Made by a program: the position numbers and the translations under genes. From Pseudodesulfovibrio piezophilus C1TLV30 (GTDB lineage: Bacteria > Desulfobacterota > Desulfovibrionia > Desulfovibrionales > Desulfovibrionaceae), in contig NC_020409.1 of the NCBI RefSeq assembly GCF_000341895.1, positions 1,680,001 to 1,712,000 of the forward strand: 32,000 nt of DNA. Direction: 5' to 3'. This document shows positions 7,896-16,224 of the stretch, one piece after another (position 1 is the first letter of the stretch; every line of letters starts with the position of its first letter). Below the pieces are notes generated by a model, which was not told the DNA's origin, made no database searches, and saw only the letters and a program-made list of their open reading frames with translations.

Positions 7896-8123
7896 CTAAT
7901 CAACGGCTTCAACGCCTTTGGCTTCAGCAACTTCCTTGAGAACAATCCGCTCGATGCCGTTCTTGAGCGTCATCTGGGACATGGGGCATCCTTTGCAGGC
8001 TCCGGTGAGTCGAACCTGAACAATACCGGATTTGGTAACGTCCACAAGTTCGACGTCGCCACCATCGCTTTGCAACATGGGACGAACTTTTTCCAGCACA
8101 GCTTGAACTTTTTCATAAAGCAT
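7896..8123 (-). CDS. NifU C-terminal-domain (Nfu-type) Fe-S cluster scaffold/carrier protein
   Basis: 75 aa. MLYEKVQAVLEKVRPMLQSDGGDVELVDV...GACKGCPMSQMTLKNGIE carries the CxxC motif of the NifU_C / Nfu family. RBS is AAGGAAG. Confidence 0.85.
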   Translation of the reverse strand: MLYEKVQAVLEKVRPMLQSDGGDVELVDVTKSGIVQVRLTGACKGCPMSQMTLKNGIERIVLKEVAEAKGVEAVD

Positions 8124-8190
8124 AATTTTCTTCCTTGAGGTCTTTTGGATGGAGAGAAGTACGGTTTTGCCCTGAGCATGTCAATTCAGG

Positions 8191-9258
8191 CTATTGGGGG
8201 ATCAGAATCCCGAACGCCTCGTCCAGTTCTTCATCAAGATCTTCGATCATCTCATCAATTCTGTCAGGGGTCAGCCCCATGGATGCCCATATTTTCGGAT
8301 TGGGCGGCTGCACGAAAAATTCACCACTGGAGCCGACACCCAGTCCGGTGGCAATGGTTTCGGCGCAATGAACCAGAGCGGGTTCATCCTCCTTGAGATT
8401 TTCCTTGGGTGTATGATGTTCGATCACGGCAGAAACGAGGACAAAGGGGAAATTCCATTTACGGAGCAACATCCCTCCCAGCGTGGCATGGTCGAATCCC
8501 AATAATTTTTTCTCCTGTTCCCACAGCAGAATATCCTTGCTTCTGGCATGAGACAGAACTGCGACGGCCCTTTCCGGCTCAGCCTGAAGCAGGATGAGTT
8601 GGCCTATGTCATGGAGAAGTCCGGCGACAAAAGCGCGCTCGGGATCTCCCTTGCCCGTGATGCGACACAGCCGACGTGCGATAAGGCCACATGTGACAGA
8701 ATGCTTCCAGAACAATTCCATGTCCAGGACCTCGGCGGGGATGTCCTTGAACAAAGAAAGCACCGATGTTCCCACGGCCAGAGTGGAAAGCTGGTTGACA
8801 CCGACCACAGTGACTGCACGGGAGATTGTATCAATCTGCATGGGGAGACTATAAAAAGCGGAATTGACCATCCGCAACAGAAAAGCAGTTAGGCTCGGGT
8901 CCTGACTGATGATATTCGCAAGATCATCAGCCGAAGTGGCATCGGCATTGATGGCCTGCTGCAACTCCAAAAAGGCTTGAGGCAATGAAGGAAGTTGATG
9001 CTCTTTTCTCAGGATATCCAGAGGATCAAGCGGTTCAATCAACGGAAGCGCTTCCTCTGACGGGGAATATGCGTAATGCTGGGGATTGAGAGCCATGTCA
9101 TGAGCCACAAATCGCGCACCATGACGGGCCAGCCGTTTGATGGAATCATCGGGATTTTTGACGAACTTAAAACGTCTGGTCAGAAGTTTTTTTGCCGCCT
9201 CCAAGAATTCCGGGGCGACATCCATCGTATTTCCGTTGGCATCCGTATGTTCGGCCAT
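8191..9258 (-). CDS. HDOD domain signalling protein
   Basis: 355 aa with LPSLPQAFLELQQAI..., ISQDPSLTAFLLRMVNSAFY and GLLHDIGQLIL, which is typical HDOD domain architecture. Confidence 0.8.
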   Translation of the reverse strand: MAEHTDANGNTMDVAPEFLEAAKKLLTRRFKFVKNPDDSIKRLARHGARFVAHDMALNPQHYAYSPSEEALPLIEPLDPLDILRKEHQLPSLPQAFLELQQAINADATSADDLANIISQDPSLTAFLLRMVNSAFYSLPMQIDTISRAVTVVGVNQLSTLAVGTSVLSLFKDIPAEVLDMELFWKHSVTCGLIARRLCRITGKGDPERAFVAGLLHDIGQLILLQAEPERAVAVLSHARSKDILLWEQEKKLLGFDHATLGGMLLRKWNFPFVLVSAVIEHHTPKENLKEDEPALVHCAETIATGLGVGSSGEFFVQPPNPKIWASMGLTPDRIDEMIEDLDEELDEAFGILIPQ

Positions 9259-9364
9259 GAGGTGATCCTATATCAGTTTGAAGCAGACAGCTTTCATGAC
9301 TCTAAAAGAAAACAACAGGAAGCAAAAGGGGTTTATGACAAAAAAGCGTCGCTGAAAGTGGGAA

Positions 9365-10006
9365 TCATTTGAAAATTCCCGGACTGAAATGAGGATTGTT
9401 TTCCTTTTCGTGAATGACTGTTGTCATGGGACCATGCCCGGAATAGATACGGGTGGCATCTGGCAGAATAAAGAGGCGCGAACGGATGGACCCGATCAAT
9501 TCCGGCCCGGAGCCACGAGGGAGGTCTGTTCGCCCCACCGCGATCATGAAAATAAGGTCTCCCACAAAAACGCATTGGGCAGCGGGGAAGAAAAAAGAAA
9601 GACTTCCCGGAGTGTGTCCGGGGGTATCGAGAACCAGCATGGGCTGACCGAGTACAGTTCGCGCACCAGGCCCGACTGGCTGAAAGTCGAAATCGATATG
9701 GGAAACAAATTCCCGAAGCCCCCCGGCCTCAAGAGATATTTCTTTGAGAAAATCATCCTGCCCGCTGGCGTGAACAGGCACATCAAAACGGGAGAGCACC
9801 TCTTTGACGCCGCCTATATGGTCAAGATGAAAATGCGTGAGGTAGATGGCTTTCAGATCAAAGCCTTTTTCCTCTATCCTCCTAACAAGACGCTGAGGAG
9901 CCACCCCGACGTCAATAACCACCGCTTCATCCCCGACACTGAGTAAGTAACAGTTCGTTTCATCAGGGCCAAGAACGAAGGTCTCTATGGTCAATCTTTT
10001 GGGCAT
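9365..10006 (-). CDS. MBL-fold metallo-hydrolase (glyoxalase II-like)
   Basis: 213 aa with the HxHxDH motif (THFHLDHIGG), TPGHTPGS and a downstream His. The start lies 8 nt after the upstream regulator stop. Confidence 0.85.
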   Translation of the reverse strand: MPKRLTIETFVLGPDETNCYLLSVGDEAVVIDVGVAPQRLVRRIEEKGFDLKAIYLTHFHLDHIGGVKEVLSRFDVPVHASGQDDFLKEISLEAGGLREFVSHIDFDFQPVGPGARTVLGQPMLVLDTPGHTPGSLSFFFPAAQCVFVGDLIFMIAVGRTDLPRGSGPELIGSIRSRLFILPDATRIYSGHGPMTTVIHEKENNPHFSPGIFK

Positions 10007-10014
10007 ACAGGATC

Positions 10015-11412
10015 CTAGCGGCGCGTCAATCCGAATTTCTTGAGCTTGTACTGGAGAGTTCGCCGACTGATCCCAAGAGCATCTGCCGTACGTTCCCGAT
10101 GGTTTCCATTTTCTTCCAAGGCCCGCATGATTGCCAACTTCTCGGCTTCCTCCAAAGAAGCAGGGGTGCTGACCATCGGAGACAGGATCTCCGGCTCAAT
10201 ACCACTTGTCATATCCAAAGCGGCCTCGCGGGCTCCTGCCACCTGAGGGGGGAGGAGATCGGGACCAAGGGCATCTGACCGGGAAAGAATCAGCGCACGT
10301 TCGAGAACATTCTCCAGCTCACGCACATTCCCCGGCCAATCATATCCGGACAAGGCATCGAGAAATGCGGGAGTCACGGTTCGAATGATCTTGTTGTTCT
10401 TGTTTCCGAGGCGACGCAACAAAAAGCTGACCAACAGAGGAAGGTCCTCCTTGCGTTCGCACAGAGGAGGGATACGAATCTCAAGCACGGCGAGTCGATA
10501 AAAAAGATCCTCACGGAATCGTCCGGCAGCAACCTCGGCCTTGAGATTCCGGTTTGTCGCGGCGATAATGCGCGTGTCCACCTTGACGGTCTTCACCGAT
10601 CCCAGAGGTTCAATGGTCTTTTCCTGCAAGGCGCGCAACAGTTTCGCCTGAAGTGCAGCAGGCATCTCACCTATTTCATCGAGAAACAGCGTTCCGCCGT
10701 CAGCCAGTTGAAAACGTCCGGGCTTATCCTTGACAGCCCCGGTAAATGCACCTTTCTCATATCCAAAGAGTTCGCTTTCGAGGAGGTCGTCAGGCAGCGC
10801 CGCGCAGTTGACCTTGATCAACGGTCGATTGCTCCGGTTACTCGCCCGGTGCAGTCCTTCGGCCACCAGTTCCTTACCTGTTCCTGATTGGCCGAGAATA
10901 AGCACCGTCGCCTCACTGGGACCGGCTTGACCGATGAGATCACGTACCCGTTCGATACCGGGGCTGGCCCCGATAAAGTCCGGCTCGCCACCGACCTGAG
11001 CCTTGAGGCGGATATTTTCCTTGATCAACGTGTGATATTCGTAGGCCTTGCCCATCACGGCAACGAGTTCATCATTGTCGGCAGGCTTGGTCAGATAGTC
11101 GAATGCACCCTTTTTCATGGCATCCACCGCACTGCCTACACTCCCGAACGCCGTGAGCAACACAACGGGCATACCAGGCCTACGCACCTGAAATTCCTTG
11201 AGCAGCTGCATCCCATCCATGCCGGGCATTTTCATATCCACCATGGCAACATCAGGGTACGTGTCGGATTCGGCTTCCTCGGCCAGCACGCTCAAAGCAC
11301 GCTCACCAGAGTCTGCTTCAAGGACAGTCCAGCCGTCATCTTCCAGCACGGCCCGCACCATCAATCTGTGGCCCGGTTCATCATCCACGATCAAGACTAT
11401 TCTATTGTCCAT
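10015..11412 (-). CDS. Sigma-54-dependent response regulator (NtrC/ZraR family: REC, AAA+, Fis-type HTH)
   Basis: The REC domain has MVDMKMPGMDG. Walker A is GQSGTGKE, and the sigma-54 contact loop is EKGAFTGA. The C-terminus ends in the HTH ...ADALGISRRTLQYKLKKFG. I chose the ATG at 11412 (MDNRIVLIVDDE), which has GGAG upstream. Confidence 0.9.
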   Translation of the reverse strand: MDNRIVLIVDDEPGHRLMVRAVLEDDGWTVLEADSGERALSVLAEEAESDTYPDVAMVDMKMPGMDGMQLLKEFQVRRPGMPVVLLTAFGSVGSAVDAMKKGAFDYLTKPADNDELVAVMGKAYEYHTLIKENIRLKAQVGGEPDFIGASPGIERVRDLIGQAGPSEATVLILGQSGTGKELVAEGLHRASNRSNRPLIKVNCAALPDDLLESELFGYEKGAFTGAVKDKPGRFQLADGGTLFLDEIGEMPAALQAKLLRALQEKTIEPLGSVKTVKVDTRIIAATNRNLKAEVAAGRFREDLFYRLAVLEIRIPPLCERKEDLPLLVSFLLRRLGNKNNKIIRTVTPAFLDALSGYDWPGNVRELENVLERALILSRSDALGPDLLPPQVAGAREAALDMTSGIEPEILSPMVSTPASLEEAEKLAIMRALEENGNHRERTADALGISRRTLQYKLKKFGLTRR

Positions 11413-11454
11413 ATGTACTCCGGTTCCTTCTGAACATTTCAAACCAATCACGGC

Positions 11455-13296
11455 CTATGAACGGGCTTCGGTATCCCTGTCCGGGAAGAACAGATTGACC
11501 CTGAGGCCCGCACCCGGCAACGAATCAATGAAAACCTTTCCCCTGTGGGCACGCATGATATTCTGAACAATGGCCAGCCCAAGCCCGGTCCCGGTCTTCT
11601 TGCCGGTCACGAAAGGCTTGAAAACATCATCGGTCATGAGAGGGTCCATACCCGGCCCATCATCGGCCACGGTGATCCAGACACCACCATCTTCATGTGT
11701 TGAAGTCAGGCAAATATGTCCGGGCTTGTCGCAGTCCTGACAGGCGGCTATGGCATCCAGGCTATTAGAAATGAGATTGAGCAATATCTGCCGCAGGGCA
11801 TCCTGATCCGCATAAGCTGGATCAGTGCCGAACTCAAAAGTTAACTCCGTCTCTTTGCTCTGAAAATCAAACCGCATAAGCTGTCTCAACGATTCCCCCA
11901 CGTCCGAAAGATTGACAGCCACGGGATCGAGTTGCCGGGGTTTCGCCAGATAAAGCAAGTCCGTGACGACACGGTTCAGCCGGTCGGCCTCCTGCACCAT
12001 GGTGGTCGCATATTGATCAAGAGGGGGCTGTCCCTTAAGCTTATTGGCAAAGAGCTGGGCAAAACCTCGCAGGGAACTCAGGGGATTTCGAACTTCGTGA
12101 GCCACCCCTGCGGCAAGGGAACCAATGGCGGCAAGACGGTTGGCTTCGTTCAAATCTTCCTCCAGGGAACGGATTTCTGTCCGATCTCGTAGAAGGACAA
12201 GACGTTGCCCCAATTCAGGAGCGGCGTCCTCATCGCTGGCCTGAAACGGCAGGGACAGAATTTCCAACTGGCGGCCCTGATAATCGAATTGCTCCCACTC
12301 GTACGGCGCAATACAGGTCAGATCATCAATATGCCGTCCAAAGGGAAAATCGCACCAGTTGACGCCGATAATTTCCGGGGCCGCTTGACCGTTTCCTTCC
12401 TCTTCACCCTCGGCCTTGGCAGGGGCTAGCAATTTTTTGGCAGAATGGTTGGCCGCCATGATTTCACCGGACTCACCGAGTGTCACCAATCCGTCAGGCA
12501 TGTTATCAAGCAGCTTGTTCTGAAAACGCTCCATGCGAACAAGCTTGCGGCCTTCACCCCGTCTTCTGAGATATGCGAAAACCAATGACCAGAGAACAAC
12601 TGCGGCGAGAAAGACATACCCTGTCTGGTAGGTTGCAGCCCGACGATACTGGCGGAATTGGTCCAGATGCTTTTCAGCATTGAATCCGACGACAAGATAA
12701 ATCGGCGGAGGTTCGCGATCAAACCGATCCGCTCCATGCCCGCGTCCCTGTCCCATCATCATACCCTGATGCATCATGCCGTCTCCCCTCCCCTGCGGGG
12801 CTTTGCCCGTCGCCAGCGCGGCAATGCCGGGGTTGACCTTCAGGCCGGAAATGAGCACTCCCTGCTTGCCGAATTCGGCCATCACATGCCAGGCCCGACC
12901 AACTTCGATATTACGAGTCACATTTCCCGGCAACTCTAGAGATGGATTGTTCTTGCCCTTGTCGGATGTCACCAGCACATGGCTGTCGTCATCATACAAA
13001 GTGATAAAGACAATATCCTCGGATTTGGCAAGTTCAGTGAAAAGTTCTTCAGCCATGGCAGGGAAAAGGGGAGCGGCCTGGGAATTCATACGCAAGGAAC
13101 GCATGATACGAGTCAGGTTGTTATCAACCCCACGCAAAATGGAGGAGCCAGTCATGATCATGTGATCCTCCACCAGCTCACGCTGATGGGCTATCGACCG
13201 CCACGTCAGATACAGACTGCCAAGCCCCAACACGATCAGTGCCAGAACCAGGGCAACCAGCGGCCCTTTTTCTTTCCCGCTTGAATGGACTTCCAT
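11455..13296 (-). CDS. Membrane sensor histidine kinase (ZraS/NtrB-like HisKA) with a periplasmic domain containing a Met/His/Gly-rich insert
   Basis: H-box GVAHEVRNPLSSLRGF, N-box LLNLISNSLDA, G1 DDGPGM, G2 GTGLGLAIV. Two TM segments flank about 190 aa. The insert GKAPQGRGDGMMHQGMMMGQGRGHGADRF is encoded at 12727-12807. Confidence 0.9.
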   Translation of the reverse strand: MEVHSSGKEKGPLVALVLALIVLGLGSLYLTWRSIAHQRELVEDHMIMTGSSILRGVDNNLTRIMRSLRMNSQAAPLFPAMAEELFTELAKSEDIVFITLYDDDSHVLVTSDKGKNNPSLELPGNVTRNIEVGRAWHVMAEFGKQGVLISGLKVNPGIAALATGKAPQGRGDGMMHQGMMMGQGRGHGADRFDREPPPIYLVVGFNAEKHLDQFRQYRRAATYQTGYVFLAAVVLWSLVFAYLRRRGEGRKLVRMERFQNKLLDNMPDGLVTLGESGEIMAANHSAKKLLAPAKAEGEEEGNGQAAPEIIGVNWCDFPFGRHIDDLTCIAPYEWEQFDYQGRQLEILSLPFQASDEDAAPELGQRLVLLRDRTEIRSLEEDLNEANRLAAIGSLAAGVAHEVRNPLSSLRGFAQLFANKLKGQPPLDQYATTMVQEADRLNRVVTDLLYLAKPRQLDPVAVNLSDVGESLRQLMRFDFQSKETELTFEFGTDPAYADQDALRQILLNLISNSLDAIAACQDCDKPGHICLTSTHEDGGVWITVADDGPGMDPLMTDDVFKPFVTGKKTGTGLGLAIVQNIMRAHRGKVFIDSLPGAGLRVNLFFPDRDTEARS

Positions 13297-13715
13297 CGCG
13301 CCTCTCTAGTCTCCCCAGGGTGCGTTGTAAACATCTTTGGGGCTGTACCATCATGCCTGCCCCTTTGCCTTCGCCCCCCATCAAGATCCACCGGAAATGG
13401 CAGGACATCAGGTTAAACGAGTGCAATGGGAAGGTCGAAAAAGACTCAAGCCGATCGGTTCCGGCGGCTTCATTGCCACTGGCAACAAAAAAACAGACTC
13501 GCCACTATAAAACCGTGTCTTTCGAGTCAGGGGACATCCTTTACGCCATAAGACAGCGTCAGGTTCTCATGGAGAAGGGCCAAAAGCAACTCAGCCGCAT
13601 GCAATCAGTGATCTCCCTGCATCATCCCCCGGATGCAATCCCTGATGCCAGCCCTCATTCTCCACTATGCCGACCATGGAATTCATGGCCCATGACATTC
13701 AAAGAAATTTATGAC

Positions 13716-13746
13716 GGAGCGATTCTTCCCCGTGAAGAACCGCTCC
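13716..13746 (-). terminator. Hairpin terminator candidate downstream of the ZraP-like gene
   Basis: On the minus strand, GGAGCGGTTCTTC-ACGGG-GAAGAATCGCTCC forms a 13-bp stem with one G-U pair. It is followed by GTCATAAATTTCTTT, which is only moderately U-rich. Confidence 0.45.
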
Positions 13747-13783
13747 GCCTATTCCTGTTTTCCCGTTAATCGGAAATGTTCAT

Positions 13784-14281
13784 CTAGTACATGCCGTTGT
13801 GCGCACCATGGCCGCGACCAAATCCAGGCCCCATGGGGCCACCAAAACCGGGGCACCCGTCTTCGCCATATGAGGGGCACCCGCCAAATCCGCCCGCAAA
13901 GGTAATACCGGTAGCCTGTGCCAGTTCCTCACCCATCTGCCCGCGCATGTCGCGCATCTTGTCACGCAATTCGGAGATTTCTGAAGTCAGCTTGCCAATT
14001 TTCTTTTCATTGGCATCGCCGCCGTTGATCATGGCTTGCAGTGTGGAATGCTTGGTCCACATGGCGGTCCGTAATTCAGACATCTGATCAGCGTACTTCT
14101 GAAAAATCTTGTCAGCCGCAGCCTGTTTTTCCGGCGAGAGTTGGCTATAGGCCGAGTTCGGACCGTTGCCGCCGCAAGCACCTCGGCGACCGTGGCCGTA
14201 ACCGGGACCTGCAATTGACATTGCTGCCATACCGAGAACCAGGACTGTGGCCAGAGCTGTGATGGTAATGTTTTTCTTCAT
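13784..14281 (-). CDS. Periplasmic ZraP / Spy / CpxP-family protein (zinc-resistance-associated-protein-like)
   Basis: 165 aa counted from the ATG at 14281 (RBS AGGAG). The signal peptide is MKKNITITALATVLVLGMAAMSIAGP. The helical core has LSPEKQAAADKIFQKYADQMSELRTAMWTKHSTLQA...ELRDKMRDMRGQM. The termini are Gly/His/Met-rich (GYGHGRRG...GFGRGHGAHNGMY), as I recall for E. coli ZraP. Confidence 0.8.
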   Translation of the reverse strand: MKKNITITALATVLVLGMAAMSIAGPGYGHGRRGACGGNGPNSAYSQLSPEKQAAADKIFQKYADQMSELRTAMWTKHSTLQAMINGGDANEKKIGKLTSEISELRDKMRDMRGQMGEELAQATGITFAGGFGGCPSYGEDGCPGFGGPMGPGFGRGHGAHNGMY

Positions 14282-14372
14282 GTGATGACTCCTTCTGTAA
14301 AAAATTACTGTTCGAATGAAACATTTGCTCGGAGGAAGATGAGAGTGTGTTGATCTTCTTGCCACTGGTATA

Positions 14373-14388
14373 AGCATCTGCCGTGCCA
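14373..14388 (-). promoter_or_regulatory. Sigma-54 (-24/-12) promoter TGGCACGGCAGATGCT for the ZraP-like gene
   Basis: On the minus strand, GG is at 14387-14386 and GC at 14375-14374, giving exact GG-N10-GC spacing. The promoter lies about 92 nt upstream of the ATG. It has the same TGGCACG-N4-ATGC form as the promoter at 5553. Confidence 0.65.
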
Positions 14389-14438
14389 AAGTTCTTATCA
14401 TGCTGTATTATTTAAATAAATCGCAGATACCAAGATCA

Positions 14439-14500
14439 TGTGCACATAAATAAGTGCAATTGTCTGCATTATTTTCTGCACATACTGTGTAATTTGTGCA
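14439..14500. promoter_or_regulatory. Candidate enhancer (UAS) region: cluster of TGCAC/GTGCA dyads upstream of the sigma-54 promoter
   Basis: TGCAC-N8-GTGCA lies at 14441-14458 and TGCAC-N14-GTGCA at 14477-14500. TGTGCACA lies at 14439-14446. The cluster sits 55-125 bp upstream of the -24 element, and an AT-rich tract (14401-14425) lies between them. The NtrC-type consensus is TGCAC-N7-GTGCA. Confidence 0.35.
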
Positions 14501-14583
14501 AAAGGACGAATCTTGACTTCTTCAAGAAAAAAACGCGCCCCTCTTCATATCCATAAAATCGGTATAGACACACTAAAACCTAC

Positions 14584-14802
14584 GCAACTATCTACGGATA
14601 TGGTTGCAGTGCTTGTGGGCACTCATTTGAGGAGTTGACCTTTGGACGAGAGCATAAACCTATTTGCCTCCCAGTATGGTGCAGAGGCAACGGGAAAGCT
14701 CATGAACGTCTGTTCGCCAACCTTGAATCTGGAGACAACCAGTCGAAAAGGTCACACCCTACCGCGCCCATGACTGCCTGTAGCGGAGGAGGCGGAGGCT
14801 GA
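14584..14802 (+). pseudogene. Decayed FmdB-family (CxxC_CxxC_SSSS) zinc-ribbon gene
   Basis: The frame from 14590 reads IYGYGCSACGHSFEELTFGREHKPICLPVWCRGNGKAHERLFA...ACSGGGGG*. There is no ATG/GTG/TTG between the in-frame stop at 14554 and this motif; the expected ATG-CCA-ATC-TAC reads ACG-CAA-CT-ATC-TAC. The second CPxCG motif is disrupted, and the +1 frame reads ...QYGAEATGKLMNVCSP. Confidence 0.45.
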
Positions 14803-14895
14803 ATCGTGCCCCAGGCCGGGGTACCACTATTCTCAAGCCATTATAACCCTCGTTTTCCTCTTGCCAAAAAAAAGCCACTCCTTATACGTTCAAGC

Positions 14896-15669
14896 ATGCA
14901 CCATCGTAGTAATATAACAATGGGCATTCTGCTCTTTATCCTGATCCTTCCGTCTCTTTCGACGGCGGGAGATTTCAAAGCCTTCATCACCCAACTTCCT
15001 CCTATCAAAATTATTCAGGACGACAAAGCCTCGGGCATCGCCAGTGATGTCCTGATCCGAATTATGGAAAAAGCCGGATTCGCCTTCACAATTGACGATA
15101 TAGTCTTCGCTCCCTGGCAGGAATCATACGACATAACCCGAACCACGCCAAAGACGATTTGCCTCGGTATGGCACGCACCGAATCCCGTATTGCAGAGTT
15201 TAAATGGGTCGGCCCGATTTATACGGCGAAACTTGGCCTCATCGCTTCGAAAAAACTTCATATCCCCATTAAAAATTTCCAGGAAGCCACTTCATTTCGC
15301 ATAGGCACAATCAAGGGAAGTGCCCCGGAAAAGATCCTCGTACAAGAGGGCGTGCCCCTGGAAAATCTGACTCGATTTGATCATAATGATGAGGCGATTC
15401 GAATGCTCCACTCAGGGCAGATCGACCTTCTCGCCTTTCCTAAATCATCAGCCCTGTACGGCATGTTGCAAATAGGCATTGATCCAAACGATTATGAAAT
15501 GGTTTTGGAATTCCGCGACGTGGATATGTATTATGCCTTTTATCCACTGACTGACGACATCGAAATCCTTAAAATCCAGACAGCTCTGGATGACCTGAAA
15601 AAGAACGGACCAAACGGCATCAGTGAATATCACGAAATCATTTCCAAATACTTCCGCCCATCCATCTGA
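14896..15669 (+). CDS. Periplasmic substrate-binding protein, family 3 (amino-acid-type PBP fold), orphan
   Basis: The signal peptide is MHHRSNITMGILLFILILPSLSTAGD. The remainder resembles the SBP_bac_3 fold (...CLGMARTESRIAEFKWVGPIY...FRIGTIKGSAPEKIL...DLLAFP...), and the gene is a paralogue of 24718-25623. The start is uncertain: alternatives are GTG 14806 and ATG 14920. Confidence 0.7.
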   Translation: MHHRSNITMGILLFILILPSLSTAGDFKAFITQLPPIKIIQDDKASGIASDVLIRIMEKAGFAFTIDDIVFAPWQESYDITRTTPKTICLGMARTESRIAEFKWVGPIYTAKLGLIASKKLHIPIKNFQEATSFRIGTIKGSAPEKILVQEGVPLENLTRFDHNDEAIRMLHSGQIDLLAFPKSSALYGMLQIGIDPNDYEMVLEFRDVDMYYAFYPLTDDIEILKIQTALDDLKKNGPNGISEYHEIISKYFRPSI

Positions 15670-15765
15670 TCAGCTTCTTCCCGGTGCTGGCCGTTTCCTT
15701 TCGTTTCAAGAAATGGTAGAAGAGACCCTTCGTTGCACACCAGCTTGACCGTTTGAGGAAAGACC

Positions 15766-16224
15766 ATGCCCAATAGACTTCCCTGGCCCGATTATTTCAT
15801 GCGCATTGCCCATCTTGTCGCACAGCGCTCCACCTGTACCCGCCGTGCGGTAGGAGCCATCGCTGTCCGTGACAAGCGAATCCTTGCCACCGGATACAAC
15901 GGGGTTCCCTCCAATATTTCTCACTGCGAAGAAGTCGGCTGTCTCCGCGAAAAACTCGGTATCCCTTCTGGCCAACGCCATGAACTTTGCAGAGGGCTCC
16001 ACGCGGAACAGAACGTCATCATCCAGGCTGCGACCCATGGACTCGATCTCAAGGAATGTGACATTTACTGTACCACCAAACCGTGTATCCTGTGTACCAA
16101 GATGCTCATCAACTGCGATGTGCGAAGCATCTTCTACGCCGAAGATTACAATGACGAGTTGTCAGAAGAAATGCTCAAGGAAGCGGGGGTGAATTATGTC
16201 TATATGCAAGGTGAATTCATCTAG
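15766..16224 (+). CDS. Deoxycytidylate (dCMP) deaminase, ComEB-type
   Basis: Zinc motifs HAEQNVI and PCILCTKML are present. The N-terminus [26 protein letters not shown] is typical of the family. Confidence 0.9.
   Translation: MPNRLPWPDYFMRIAHLVAQRSTCTRRAVGAIAVRDKRILATGYNGVPSNISHCEEVGCLREKLGIPSGQRHELCRGLHAEQNVIIQAATHGLDLKECDIYCTTKPCILCTKMLINCDVRSIFYAEDYNDELSEEMLKEAGVNYVYMQGEFI

Noticed and set aside
13635-13650. A sigma-54-like element CTGGCATCAGGGATTGCAT on the minus strand upstream of the ZraS-like kinase
   Set aside because: The spacing is GG-N11-GC, one more than the strict N10. Sigma-54 promoters tolerate this poorly. I keep it only as a note in the spacer finding.
13239-13769. A 176-aa plus-strand ORF filling the Zra-cluster spacer
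   Set aside because: There is no RBS. The product is Pro/Ser/Arg/Leu-rich and unstructured-looking, with no motifs. It runs opposite to all neighbouring genes and overlaps the kinase start.
14806-14895. A GTG start at 14806 for the first family-3 SBP, with GGAGG 7 nt upstream
   Set aside because: The SD-like GGAGG is part of the Gly-codon run of the decayed FmdB gene. The resulting 30-aa extension precedes the signal peptide. ATG 14896 gives a canonical n-h-c signal. I retain GTG 14806 as an alternative only.
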